A stretch of DNA of 64,000 nt from Oligoflexales bacterium (lineage in GTDB: Bacteria; Bdellovibrionota_B; Oligoflexia; Oligoflexales; JAPPIL01). Both the position numbers and the translations under genes were made by a program. Each line of letters opens with the position of its first letter. Position 1 is the stretch's first letter. Of this stretch, positions 41,251-51,473 are shown piece by piece. The stretch spans positions 1,728,001 through 1,792,000 of the forward strand of contig OZ244057.1 of the NCBI GenBank assembly GCA_965215515.1. The letters run 5' to 3'. Under the pieces are notes generated by a model that was not told where the DNA came from, did not search any database, and was given only the letters and a program-made list of their open reading frames with translations.

Positions 41251-41532
41251 TTACTGAAATTTCCTTAAAGTTTCAAAGGAATAGATTCCCGTACGGTGTC
41301 CGTCGGAAAACGCAATCAACAGCGCATACCGCCCCACCGATTTTATTTCGGTAGGGCGAACATGATCGTCCGTTGCAATTTTGTCGGTCGCGGCGGATTT
41401 CTGCTCCGCACACGCGGCGCAGGGACAACCACGCCGCAGCGCGACGACATCGTACAGTCGCTCCATGCCGTCGTCCCACACGATTTTCAGGGTGCGTTCG
41501 TCGTGCTGGCTAATTTGCTGGGGGAAACTCAC
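41251..41532 (-). CDS. DUF971 / GBBH-like N-terminal domain protein
   Basis: LRRGCPCAAC...VGRYAL.IAFSDGH.TGIYSF. Confidence 0.9.
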   Translation of the reverse strand: MSFPQQISQHDERTLKIVWDDGMERLYDVVALRRGCPCAACAEQKSAATDKIATDDHVRPTEIKSVGRYALLIAFSDGHRTGIYSFETLRKFQ

Positions 41533-42467
41533 TGCTGCTTCTCCTTCGCCTGCCAGACGAGATGGAAACTGTGCATCTTGTCATCAGCGGCGACCGCGGC
41601 TGCGAGTTGGGCTTCGATCTGCTCGACAGCTTTACGATACGCAATGGCACTAGTGGCATTGGGGTACTGGAGTACTATGGGAATACCCCGATCGGATGTC
41701 AAGGCAACGTTTGTCGCGAGCGGGATTTTCCCCAGCAAGGGCACATTTGCCTTGCGTGCCAGCTTCTCTCCTCCCGCACTCAGGAACACATGGTGTTCTT
41801 TCTGGCAACCATCACAGACAAAACTACTCATCGTCTCGATGATCCCCAGCACGGGCACGTTAGTGGTGGCAAACAAGCCCAGTGCCTTCTCGACATCCCG
41901 CAATGCCACGTCTTGCGGGGTAGTTATCAGCACCGCCCCGCTGAATGCTACCGCTTGAGAGAGAGTTAGTTGAATATCGGAAGTGCCAGGCGGATAATCG
42001 ACGATCAGGTAATCGAGTCTACCCCACGCGACCTGTTCCAGAAACTGCTTGATCACCGCGGCAGCCATCGGCCCCCGCAGGATGTTGGCCTTCTGCCGTG
42101 TCTGGAACATCGCGACGGAGATGACCTTGACTCCGCCCAACTCAGGCGGTCGCACGGGGTGGCTGTTGTCTCGGGGATAGACGACGGGCTCGACCCGCGC
42201 GGTCAGCAGCGGAATCGAAGGGCCGAAGATGTCGGCATCGAGCAAACCCACCGCTAGACCTTTGTCGGCGAGCGCATAGGCGATGTTGACGGCGGTGGTC
42301 GATTTCCCCACCCCGCCCTTGCCGCTGGCGATGGCGATGACACGATCGACCGCCGCGAGAGTAGACCGCTCGCGCCCAGCAGTGACACGGCGGGCAGCAG
42401 CACCTCCGAAGGGCTTACCTGCTGTTCTGGCGGTTGTTCCAGCGGGGATCATAGGCCATCCAACCAA
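41529..42467 (-). CDS. mrp: Mrp/NBP35 Fe-S cluster carrier ATPase
   Basis: SGKGGVGKST, DADIFGPS, DYPPGTSD, TTPQ and CDGC. Confidence 0.92.
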   Translation of the reverse strand: MVGWPMIPAGTTARTAGKPFGGAAARRVTAGRERSTLAAVDRVIAIASGKGGVGKSTTAVNIAYALADKGLAVGLLDADIFGPSIPLLTARVEPVVYPRDNSHPVRPPELGGVKVISVAMFQTRQKANILRGPMAAAVIKQFLEQVAWGRLDYLIVDYPPGTSDIQLTLSQAVAFSGAVLITTPQDVALRDVEKALGLFATTNVPVLGIIETMSSFVCDGCQKEHHVFLSAGGEKLARKANVPLLGKIPLATNVALTSDRGIPIVLQYPNATSAIAYRKAVEQIEAQLAAAVAADDKMHSFHLVWQAKEKQQ

Positions 42468-42519
42468 CTCAAACGAGTTGCTAGCAGAGACAACACAAAA
42501 ATAAAAGCCTTAAAAATTT

Positions 42520-43449
42520 TTACCACATCCGAGGAGGCCCCGTCGTCATCTCCTCCTGCGGGGGAGGAAATTCACGCAAGTAGTCGGCACTGAAAATAAG
42601 TTGGAAATACTCCCGCAGGGTGACCAGCAACTGCTCGATGCTGGTGACACGGTAAGGCTCGCTTGCGTCGCTGGTCACGATAAAAGGATACGCGCTAGCA
42701 AGGTCGAGCTCCGCCTGCCCCCAATTCCATTTCGCCAGCTGTGCGTTGCTGTTTCGCCAAAAACCGTAAGACCCCCTCCATGCCTCGACAGTACCCCCGA
42801 CGATGAAGAGACTGGTGAAAAATAACGCAGGCCTGCTTCTGAAGAGCCTAAGACCATTTTCCATCTTCGCGAGACCCTCCCTGTGAGACTTGAGATGATC
42901 TTCCCAGCGCAAGTCTGGATTCTTTGTGCTGGCCTTTCTCCAAGTTCTCTCGGCGTTAGATTTAGATAAGTCATCGAGATATCTAGCGATGTCGGCATCG
43001 CCCATCTTGTGCAATGTCCACAGCTTGGTGAAGGCAAGGCGTGCTGCCTTCGGGGTGAGCACGCAGGCCAGGGCAACAAAGCCCAGTAGCGCAGCTGTCC
43101 CTGTCACGTAGCGTAACGCTTTACCCCCCACCCCTCGGATACGTAACCCCCCCGTCGCGGGGACAGCGGTGAAGACGACAGGGCTGCCGTCCCTCTCCTC
43201 AAAGGGGTTGAAACAACGCACCTGCAAGGCGGTCGCCGCACCCTCGCTAGCATCCACTGCCCGCAGAGGACAGAGCTGAAAATGATAGGGAGCTTCTCGC
43301 TCGACAAGATTTACCCGCGTCAAACTAAGCACATAACCCTCGTCGGCCACCGCCTGTGGCCGTGCCGCGGGCACAGGGCCACCACAGCTGGCAACAAACA
43401 ACACGAGAACCAGGCAGATACAACGAAAGCATGTAGTGCGTAATCTCAA
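42520..43449 (-). CDS. Hypothetical lipoprotein with internal TM segments
   Basis: LVLFVASC lipobox; GGAGG RBS. Confidence 0.65.
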   Translation of the reverse strand: MRLRTTCFRCICLVLVLFVASCGGPVPAARPQAVADEGYVLSLTRVNLVEREAPYHFQLCPLRAVDASEGAATALQVRCFNPFEERDGSPVVFTAVPATGGLRIRGVGGKALRYVTGTAALLGFVALACVLTPKAARLAFTKLWTLHKMGDADIARYLDDLSKSNAERTWRKASTKNPDLRWEDHLKSHREGLAKMENGLRLFRSRPALFFTSLFIVGGTVEAWRGSYGFWRNSNAQLAKWNWGQAELDLASAYPFIVTSDASEPYRVTSIEQLLVTLREYFQLIFSADYLREFPPPQEEMTTGPPRMW

Positions 43450-43684
43450 AGAAGCCTCCGTTAGGAGGCAATACTATACCAAAGATTAAATAATACTACA
43501 ACAATTAAATTTATATTACAGCGGAGATGATATGCCTATTATGCCAAAATAACCTCTCTCTGAGAGAAGGTATGCAATATCTGTGTGTTGTATAAATAAA
43601 TTGCACTATAAATTACAGTTTTAAAAAAAATTGTCGTTGACAAGAACGTTGCTGTGGAGTTTTGAAAAAAGTTGGATCACAAGC

Positions 43685-44746
43685 TCAATCGCTCAGCCAA
43701 TCGAGCATCGCTTCCTTGACCGCATTATCCATCTGCGTCGCATGCGTTGTAGGTGGCATAACCCTGCCGACACCGTTGATCCTGTCGATCATGACATCCT
43801 TGCTTCGCCAGGCTAAACTGACGCTCCTCGCATAATCTGGATGACATGAGCAATATCGGCGGAAATGCTCCCCCATAGATTGCTTATAGATGTCTTGCTT
43901 CGCCGCCGTGATGCTAGCATCGACACTCAGCGACTGTGCATCACAACCCGTATCGGCAGCCGTCGCGGCACGCACCGTAGCAAAAGAAAACGATAGCGTA
44001 TGCTCAACCTCCATGTCCGCGACGAGAACAGTCGTATTCTCAAAGCCCACCAAATTGCTGAAGGGCGGACGAGCAGCACAAGCAACTCTCGTTAGACTGG
44101 CATTAAGCGAATTCCAAGCCCCATTGACCAGCGGCTTGATACCCTCCAAATACACCGCGTGCTGCGTGCTGAGCTGTAAGTTCCTAAGCTCGTAGCCACC
44201 TCCATCGCTGAGTGGCTCGATGTCCATCTGGAGCGAAATGCTCTCTTTGCCGTAATTGCTATCGACAAGATCGCCAATGTCGTAATGCAGCCTATTTCTG
44301 CCCGCTGGATCGAGAAGCGCCGTGCTCAGCACACTCGCCGCACTGCTTTGCCTCGCCTCTTTCCACGCGCCGATCGCCGCGATCAATGCGTCCCCCTCCG
44401 CCTGACAGTCGCGCGCACAGTTATGATGATCGTCTTTCAGACGACGCACAAGCCGCGAATTAGGAATGTTCTGAAAATCAACCTTGTTTCCCTCCATGAG
44501 GACACGCTGCGCGGCAGCCGCATCTCTGACAGCAAACAGCGGAGCTTGCTGCTGCCCATGACAAGACGCACAATGCTGCAACGCAGGCAACAAATGCTGC
44601 TCAAACGCCGCCACAGAATCAGCTGCCACACCGCCGCCCCCACCAGTCGTCTTGCCAGCTCTTGACACAACGTTGATACTGTCGGAACAAGCATATAGCA
44701 GAACCACCAACAACAAGACTTTCTTGTCATCGCCACACATCACCAT
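43685..44746 (-). CDS. c-type cytochrome lipoprotein
   Basis: LLYAC lipobox, CASCH haem motif, HHNCARDC and C-terminal CSCH...MPP. Confidence 0.75.
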   Translation of the reverse strand: MVMCGDDKKVLLLVVLLYACSDSINVVSRAGKTTGGGGGVAADSVAAFEQHLLPALQHCASCHGQQQAPLFAVRDAAAAQRVLMEGNKVDFQNIPNSRLVRRLKDDHHNCARDCQAEGDALIAAIGAWKEARQSSAASVLSTALLDPAGRNRLHYDIGDLVDSNYGKESISLQMDIEPLSDGGGYELRNLQLSTQHAVYLEGIKPLVNGAWNSLNASLTRVACAARPPFSNLVGFENTTVLVADMEVEHTLSFSFATVRAATAADTGCDAQSLSVDASITAAKQDIYKQSMGEHFRRYCSCHPDYARSVSLAWRSKDVMIDRINGVGRVMPPTTHATQMDNAVKEAMLDWLSD

Positions 44747-44756
44747 TGCCCTGGCA

Positions 44757-46205
44757 TCACGCTTTCCTGATGAACAGGTAGTCGTCGAGTTCCTCAGCCC
44801 GAATCGGACTGCCCTGCACAATTTTCTGTAGCTCGCCTTCCCGTCCCTGCCAGGCTAACCAGTTTGCGAGCACCGCAGTCGCATGTGCCCCAGGATTCTC
44901 GCTGATTTTGCCATGTCGTTCAGGATTGAGATCGACCGTGCCACCGTCAGCCGCACGATAAGCACCCATCTGCTTGAAAACCAGATCAGGCCTCCCACTA
45001 GGGTCATAGAGGAGCACAAAAGCCGCCGCACGAGTCTCGCTATCACCCCGCCAGACATATTTTTCCACCCCATCGCCCACATCCTCCGCAGCCGCATTAA
45101 CGTTGGCATCAACACCCCCGTCGGTATAAACATGCAGCATCAACTTGCGTTCCAGGGCCGCGGCCATCGCTAACACTGTGCCGATCACCTCACCGGCCCG
45201 CTCGTCCCGCTCTTCCCCTGTCGTCGCTGTGCCATCGTGGTAATCATAGCCACCCATGGCAATCGTCCCCGCTCCCGCATAGCCCATCAGCGACAAGTAG
45301 GCGACTTCGACCGCCGCCTCAGACACACCTCTCAGCACCCCTGCACGGTTGAGCGCCGCCAACTTGGGATGGCGACGAGGATCGAGATCACTGGCCGTCA
45401 CCGCACTGCTCTCACCATCGTTCGCAGTCAGCAAGTCTTTAGCATCGAGGTAACCACACTTGATCATCTCCCGTGCCTGCTCAGGCAAACTCAAACGAGA
45501 GAACTGCTGCAACTGTGTCTCGCTCAGGTCCTCCAACAACGCCAAAACCCCCGCCATCTTCCGCGGGGAACGTTTCCAGAAATCGCCAGGCGAAATCAAC
45601 TGCGTCGCACTCGCAATATCCCTGATGAAAGCAGGAGTGACCCCGCTGGGGAACGGCGTGGCGGAATTACCCCCCGAACCACCTGGAAAAGAGGGGCGCG
45701 TGCCGACGAGAGGAGTGACCAGACCACCCCCGCCCGCCACGAAAATGCCAGGAGCAGAAGCCAGACGATTGCTGGCAGTATCATCGGCAGATTGCGTGCA
45801 GATGACACAACCGCTTACCTTCGCCAGAGCATCCGCCGCCACCGCACGTATCCCTCGCAACATCGGACTTGCCGCGTGCATCGCCAATCCCGCCTCGTGA
45901 TTGATCATTCCGTCCAAATGCGGAGCGAGTGCCGTCGGCAAACCTAAACCACGATAATCGCTGAGCAAATCGCCCCCGCGGTCGTAAACCATGATATTGT
46001 TACCCGCGATGCTCGCACCGCCTTGTAGGTCAATCCCGATGAAGGCGGGCGCATCACTGGCCACCTCCGCTTTCTCACATCCAGCCGCCGCCAACGCCCT
46101 GCCGTCGAGAAGCAACGTCGTCAAGCTCGGCAGACATACCGAAGCGGAAATCGGCACCGCCCCCGCGGCACTGAGAAAATCACGGCGCGACAGGTGTTTT
46201 TTCAT
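44757..46205 (-). CDS. Tat-exported DUF1501-like protein
   Basis: SRRDFL twin-arginine signal, IDLQGGA, MGGYDYHDGT and YTDGGV. Confidence 0.75.
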   Translation of the reverse strand: MKKHLSRRDFLSAAGAVPISASVCLPSLTTLLLDGRALAAAGCEKAEVASDAPAFIGIDLQGGASIAGNNIMVYDRGGDLLSDYRGLGLPTALAPHLDGMINHEAGLAMHAASPMLRGIRAVAADALAKVSGCVICTQSADDTASNRLASAPGIFVAGGGGLVTPLVGTRPSFPGGSGGNSATPFPSGVTPAFIRDIASATQLISPGDFWKRSPRKMAGVLALLEDLSETQLQQFSRLSLPEQAREMIKCGYLDAKDLLTANDGESSAVTASDLDPRRHPKLAALNRAGVLRGVSEAAVEVAYLSLMGYAGAGTIAMGGYDYHDGTATTGEERDERAGEVIGTVLAMAAALERKLMLHVYTDGGVDANVNAAAEDVGDGVEKYVWRGDSETRAAAFVLLYDPSGRPDLVFKQMGAYRAADGGTVDLNPERHGKISENPGAHATAVLANWLAWQGREGELQKIVQGSPIRAEELDDYLFIRKA

Positions 46206-46225
46206 CCTCTATCCCTCCATCGTTA

Positions 46226-46873
46226 CTAGTGAAAAACCACCGCGGCACTGGCCAGCATGGCGTTACAGACCCCGAACAATACCTCGCCCGTGCTTCCCAT
46301 CCTCGTGTTTCCGCCGCGCAGGTAGCGTGCTTCGCCCGCCCCTTCGCCCAACGCTTCGGCGATGAACGTGCTGATGTCAGTAACCGCCTGCTGACGGTCT
46401 ATCTCGACCGACGCAGCTCTGCGCCAAAAAGCATCGCTAAGAGTATCTACAATCTCGGCACGGCGGGCAGGGGCGAGCGCCTCCGCGGGCGCAGCTGCGA
46501 AATCGATGCTCGGCAAGATTGTCGCACGCACATCGGTATTCTTGTTGATCAGCTGATTGCAATAAGCACCTGCGAGACGAAAGACACCCACCTGCATTTG
46601 ACCGTTAAAACCGCTGAGCGAGTTGTCGAGTGGCAACATACTGCTAACAATCTGATAATCGCCACGCACCGCCTTGCTATCGATGCCCGTCAGCTGACTC
46701 AGCGTGATGTTGATCTCGCGAAAGTCACGCACCGCAGCTGACATGCTCCCCTTACCCGCTGCCGCAAGAACATCTGAATAGGCATCATCTTCGCCTGTCG
46801 TGTTGCGGAGAAGCCCCTCCCTCTCGCTACAGGCGACCGACACGAGCAAAAAAACAATCAGCAATGCGTGCAT
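46226..46873 (-). CDS. Lipoprotein of the Tat/haem operon
   Basis: LLVSVAC lipobox; VRDFREINITLSQLTG...LAGAYC...GVCNAMLAS; start overlaps the upstream stop. Confidence 0.7.
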   Translation of the reverse strand: MHALLIVFLLVSVACSEREGLLRNTTGEDDAYSDVLAAAGKGSMSAAVRDFREINITLSQLTGIDSKAVRGDYQIVSSMLPLDNSLSGFNGQMQVGVFRLAGAYCNQLINKNTDVRATILPSIDFAAAPAEALAPARRAEIVDTLSDAFWRRAASVEIDRQQAVTDISTFIAEALGEGAGEARYLRGGNTRMGSTGEVLFGVCNAMLASAAVVFH

Positions 46874-48291
46874 CACCCGCCCCCTTTCCCCGCCAAGCAA
46901 GTCACCGCAGTGGCGGCGAACAGCTTGCGCATGTTGTATTGCCCCTGCTCGAAATAATTAGCCAGGGTACTGGTAAGTGCAGCATCTTCCTCGCCTGCTG
47001 CGGTGGAACAGACTTGGCGTTGCGCGTGTGTCGCCATGCACGTTGCGAAGGCTTGGCTGGAGGCAATCATGATACCCCACTCGCGTGCGCCGTTGCCGCT
47101 GGTTTTGCCGCGCCAACCGAGAGCATCGTTCTGCCCTGTCGTCCACAGATTTCTGAAGGAATCGGTGGCGTTTTCCTCCTTGCGATAGTCATAACCGCCT
47201 GCATAGACAATATTTCTAGTGATCTTTTTGCGCACCAACCCGCTGCGGTAGATGAGTTGCTCGCCGAGATAGCGTCCGCGATCGGTGAACTTGACCTGAT
47301 CTTCCTCAAAATCATAAAAGACATTCCAGCCGCTGAGAGCATCCAACCCCGCGTGGCAACCGATACAACGTCGTTTGAACAGTTGGTGGTCACCGCCTGG
47401 CTCACGATGCACGTCGGGACGGATGAAACCATCCTGCACCGTGATGTCGTGCAACTGCTCCATGTCGTGACAGAGAAAATACTTCAGCACAAACGCCGTC
47501 GCTCGCCTGTTCGTGCCTGCCGAATAGTAGGCACTGGCAAACCCACGGGTAGAGAGAACGCCTGCGATTGCTGCCGTCGGCATCGCACCCTCCGCGACGA
47601 TCGACCAGCGTACCCGTCCTCCCGTCGCACGATCGTCCCCTTCGATACGAAACCACTGCCCCCGTGGGGTTTCTGACTGTCGCCGTCGCTGCAATGCTGC
47701 CTGCAAATCATGACCATCTAGACAGTGGTAGTGTTCGTTGGAATCACCTCGATAGGAGGGAAACACCCCGTCCTTGCACCACCCGTATTGTGCGTTGCGG
47801 GAAATCGGTTGCCCTTCCTCGTCGAAGTAGCTCTTCGGCTCGACGATCAGGCCGTCATTAGCGGTGTAGAGGTGATCACCATACAGTGCCTCCCTGAACG
47901 GAATGTCGTCCCTGACAATGCCGATCAAGGTCGCGATCATATCGTTAAGCACGACGTTGGGGTTGCCCGCAACGTTCGACCAAGAACTGAACAGACTGCG
48001 CAATTTGAGGTTGTAGAACGCGGGGTTCTGTGTCGCCAACAGTGCCGCTTGCTGTGGTTTGTCCTTGGCCAGTAACTCGACCATCTCGGTCAGCGTCCCC
48101 GCCGACGGCGGTACGCCAGCAATGCGGTTGTGCATCAACACCGCGGTCGCGGTCATCTCGTCTCTGCTCGCGGCAGATTGCAACACGCCCGCGAGCAAGA
48201 TGCACGCACACAGAGCGACCCCTTTGCATAGCCTATCCACTGCCGTTCTCCCCTCTAGATGCCCCCATCTCCACTGTCTTATCGGCAACAT
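46873..48291 (-). CDS. Secreted CxxCH protein (DUF1585/DUF1588-like)
   Basis: HNRIAGVPP, AGVLSTRGF...GTNRR...FLC, RCIGCHAGLD and FATCMA...QVC. Confidence 0.7.
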   Translation of the reverse strand: MLPIRQWRWGHLEGRTAVDRLCKGVALCACILLAGVLQSAASRDEMTATAVLMHNRIAGVPPSAGTLTEMVELLAKDKPQQAALLATQNPAFYNLKLRSLFSSWSNVAGNPNVVLNDMIATLIGIVRDDIPFREALYGDHLYTANDGLIVEPKSYFDEEGQPISRNAQYGWCKDGVFPSYRGDSNEHYHCLDGHDLQAALQRRRQSETPRGQWFRIEGDDRATGGRVRWSIVAEGAMPTAAIAGVLSTRGFASAYYSAGTNRRATAFVLKYFLCHDMEQLHDITVQDGFIRPDVHREPGGDHQLFKRRCIGCHAGLDALSGWNVFYDFEEDQVKFTDRGRYLGEQLIYRSGLVRKKITRNIVYAGGYDYRKEENATDSFRNLWTTGQNDALGWRGKTSGNGAREWGIMIASSQAFATCMATHAQRQVCSTAAGEEDAALTSTLANYFEQGQYNMRKLFAATAVTCLAGKGGG

Positions 48292-48339
48292 ACTGTCCTA
48301 CCTTAGAAACATCCCTATTTTTTGCTAACAATAAAAATT

Positions 48340-49731
48340 TCAGGAAGTTAGCTTGCGGAGGTGCGCGATCACGATACCTGTGGCACTGATGGTGATCCCG
48401 ACGTACAGCGCATCGAGCCATGCGTTGTTGGGGTAGAATTTCCAAGCCGTTACTCCTGCCGCGGAGGCCAGGCAGATGCTAACGAATTGCCTGTCCTGCA
48501 GTTTGTGACGCGCACAGAAGTATCCGTGGAGCACGGGTAGTAGCAGGCAGGCGGCGGAGTATGTGCCTAATGTTTTCCATACTTGGGGAATATTGTTCTG
48601 GAATAGCTGCACCAGTGCCAGCGTCAGCAGTCCTGAAAGAGTAAGGGCAAGGATATGCGGCCATTTCGACGTGTTCTGCTTGTAGCCCAGCAGGTCGAAC
48701 GACACCGATGTCGAGGCGATGAAGAGGTAGGAATCCATCGTCGAGAGGATGGTGGCACAGATGCCTGCCAGCAGCAGACCTTTCACCCCCGCGGGCAGGA
48801 TGGACAAGCCGTAGGTGAGGTAGGCGTGTGCGGCATCGAGCTCTGGGTACACGGCACGGGCGTACATTGCGCCGAGCACGGTGCAGAGGTCGAAGGTTAC
48901 CCAAATGCAGGTGCTGAGCACGATACCCTTGCGCGCGACGGTAAGCGAGCGGGCGGCGAACACGCGCTGGTAGAAATTGGGATCGACCAGTGTTGACAAG
49001 GCGATAAACCCCCATACTAGGGTGGGCAGGAGTAGGTCGCTGCTAAACGGTGTGAGGTGAGTAGGGGGGAGGTGTTGCCGCAAGAAATCGTAACCGCCGT
49101 AGGTCAGGTAAGAAAACAGCAGCACGATCGCTACTGCCGTGTACATAGCGATGAACTGCGCGATATCCGAATAGACGATGGCACGAAACCCGCTCACCGC
49201 CGAGTAGCAGACGATGGCCAGCAAGCCCACTGCGGTGCAGACAAAAAAATCACCGCCGCTGAGTATCTGCAAAAAAATTCCCAGGCTGATAGCATAGGCG
49301 AGGGGCAGGACGTTACAGAAATTAAATATGCTGCTCAGTCGTCCCGACCACGGCCCGAACATCTGCGTCACTAGTTCTGGCAAGGTCATGGCATCGAACT
49401 TGCGCACTGCGGGGGCGATCAAAAATGCAAACAGCAGATAGGTAACGTACCAGAAAACACCTTGCACCAGGAAGGCGTACACACCCTTCTCAAAGGCAAA
49501 TTGTGTCACTCCGAAGATACCGCCGTACCAGGTGGCGGCGAGTGTCGCGACGAACAGCGGCAGCGTCAACTGCCGCCCCATCAGCATGTAATCGAGCACG
49601 CCAGCTTGTGTCGAGGAGAGCTTGCCTTTGCGCTGCGTTCCGTGAACGACCAGCAAGAGTGTCGCGGTCAGCACCGCTGCAAACACTAGCCAATCGTAAA
49701 CGGTGACAGCCGCGACTACCTCTGCGGTCAT
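48340..49731 (-). CDS. Sodium:solute symporter family protein
   Basis: About 13 TM segments; YMLMGRQL...ATWYGG, GFRAIVYSDIAQF, DPNFYQRVFAA and ILSTMDS. Confidence 0.9.
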   Translation of the reverse strand: MTAEVVAAVTVYDWLVFAAVLTATLLLVVHGTQRKGKLSSTQAGVLDYMLMGRQLTLPLFVATLAATWYGGIFGVTQFAFEKGVYAFLVQGVFWYVTYLLFAFLIAPAVRKFDAMTLPELVTQMFGPWSGRLSSIFNFCNVLPLAYAISLGIFLQILSGGDFFVCTAVGLLAIVCYSAVSGFRAIVYSDIAQFIAMYTAVAIVLLFSYLTYGGYDFLRQHLPPTHLTPFSSDLLLPTLVWGFIALSTLVDPNFYQRVFAARSLTVARKGIVLSTCIWVTFDLCTVLGAMYARAVYPELDAAHAYLTYGLSILPAGVKGLLLAGICATILSTMDSYLFIASTSVSFDLLGYKQNTSKWPHILALTLSGLLTLALVQLFQNNIPQVWKTLGTYSAACLLLPVLHGYFCARHKLQDRQFVSICLASAAGVTAWKFYPNNAWLDALYVGITISATGIVIAHLRKLTS

Positions 49732-49869
49732 CTAGTTGTCCTACACGCTGTTGCCGTTGCATGCTAGACACCCTCAGGTCGCAAACAACGCTGCCGTGTA
49801 TGTTTTACTGCACACGGAGTTTTTTGCCAAGCGGCTCTCGGGGGAGGGCGAGCGAGTTTTGGGGCGCGC

Positions 49870-50874
49870 TCAGTAGACCTGTTGCAGCAAGCTGCGTCTG
49901 ATAATCTCCACTTCGTACTGGTGAGAGCCTTCGGCCTCGTAGTCGTCGAGAAATTCAGCAATTTTGCGTGCGACGGCGGGGTCGCGTTGGGCGAGGCGTA
50001 AATCGTCGAGTGCTTCTTGTACGGCTCCGCCGCGCAGCAGCAGCACTCCGCGCTTGAAGTAGAGCGGTGCTGCGTCGGGGGCAAGCTGCAGGGCGTTACT
50101 GTAGTAGAAGTAGGCGAGCGGCGGGTCGGCGTAGTCTGCTGCCACGAGCAGGCGTTGCAGGGCAAAGTTGTGATTGACTCCCGCGGCGGTGAGTAGCCCC
50201 ATGACGAGAGCGGTAAGCAGTGCGATGCGTAGGCCACGACGACGATCGGTCAGTACGAGTCGGTTAGGGCGTAGGTAAAGAATCGCCATCGTTGCCACGA
50301 TACCAAACAGCAGTCCTCCGATATGCGCAGCATTATCGATCCCAGGCATGATAAAACCGAACAGCACGTTGATGCCGACGAGGAGGGTGAATTGACTCCA
50401 GCCGCGTCGCATACCACCTAGTGCTTGCAAACGCTGCTGGAAACGGCGATCGAGATACCAGCCTGCGCCGAGCAGACCGAACAGTGCTCCTGATGCTCCT
50501 GCGCTGATACCGAGGGTGAATACGGCACTGCACAGGTTACCAGCGAGACCCGCACCGAGGTAGATAACCAGAAAGAGGTATTTGCCGAAGATCTGTTCGA
50601 TGTGTCTGCCGATGACGTACAAGCCTAGACTGTTGAAGGCGAAGTGCATCACGCCGACGTGAATGAAGATGGGGGTGAAAAAACGCCACCACTCGCCTTG
50701 TACCAGCCGCACGGTATCTTTCGCCCCCAGGGCAATCAAGACATCGGTAGGTGGTGCACCGAAGAATGTGCCGCTCAGCCAGCAGGTGACAAGAAAGATG
50801 GTGAGGTTGAGAAGAAATATCCAGCCTGTTGCGGTGTGTAGTAGGAAGCTGCGTGCCGCGTCGGAGTTTATCAT
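49870..50874 (-). CDS. Rhomboid intramembrane serine protease with C-terminal TPR
   Basis: EWWRFFT..FIH.G..HFAFN, GASGA, AHIGG and a TPR; start ATG 50874 after GGAGG. Confidence 0.9.
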   Translation of the reverse strand: MINSDAARSFLLHTATGWIFLLNLTIFLVTCWLSGTFFGAPPTDVLIALGAKDTVRLVQGEWWRFFTPIFIHVGVMHFAFNSLGLYVIGRHIEQIFGKYLFLVIYLGAGLAGNLCSAVFTLGISAGASGALFGLLGAGWYLDRRFQQRLQALGGMRRGWSQFTLLVGINVLFGFIMPGIDNAAHIGGLLFGIVATMAILYLRPNRLVLTDRRRGLRIALLTALVMGLLTAAGVNHNFALQRLLVAADYADPPLAYFYYSNALQLAPDAAPLYFKRGVLLLRGGAVQEALDDLRLAQRDPAVARKIAEFLDDYEAEGSHQYEVEIIRRSLLQQVY

Positions 50875-51081
50875 GCTGTGTATGTCCTCCGTGGCGTGAG
50901 AGCGTGCGGCAACTCTTGACTGCACGTGCCCCGCCTTAGCTGCGCAGCATACCACGAACAGCACTCGGCAGGAAGATACCCACACGCAGCGTACATGTTC
51001 GGCAGTTGTGCTAGAATATCTCTGTGAGATCGCGGTGCTGGGGTAAGTCACGGCTGGATACTATCGGGCGAAGGAGGTCGC

Positions 51082-51450
51082 GTGCAGGATAGTTGGCGGC
51101 GTGTAAGTCTGTCGCTCGGCTGGTTTTTTCTTCTCCTCGCACTCGCAGGTATCCCGCTGCCGTTGTTGCCGACTACGCCGTTTCTGCTGCTCGCGGCGTT
51201 TTTTTTCTCGCGCGGCTCACCTCGCTTGCATCGCTGGCTACGCACTCATCGTCTGTGCGGAGCCATTATTCGTGATTGGGAGGAGCACAAACGCATCAGC
51301 TTACCCGCTAAGTTCAGTGCTACCTTCGCTCTCGTGCTACTCTGCGGTTTATCGCTGCTGTACGGTGGGTTACACCTTGCGCTCAATATCACCCTAGCGT
51401 GTATCGCCGTCGGGGTGTTGGTCTTTATCTGGACACGTCCGAGTCGCTGA
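51082..51450 (+). CDS. YbaN/DUF454 inner-membrane protein
   Basis: GIPLPLLPTTPFLLLAAFFFSRGSPRLHRWL. Confidence 0.9.
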   Translation: MQDSWRRVSLSLGWFFLLLALAGIPLPLLPTTPFLLLAAFFFSRGSPRLHRWLRTHRLCGAIIRDWEEHKRISLPAKFSATFALVLLCGLSLLYGGLHLALNITLACIAVGVLVFIWTRPSR

Positions 51451-51451
51451 A

Positions 51452-51471
51452 CCCTACCCACGGAACTCAGG
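51452..51471 (+). repeat. Isolated terminal-repeat copy of the MITE/IS-end family
   Basis: CCCTACCCACGGAACTCAGG matches 19237-19256 at 19/20 positions. Confidence 0.75.
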
Positions 51472-51473
51472 TT

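Noticed and set aside
43450..43684. AT-rich intergenic region as oriC
   Set aside because: No DnaA-box cluster seen; better explained as a promoter region.
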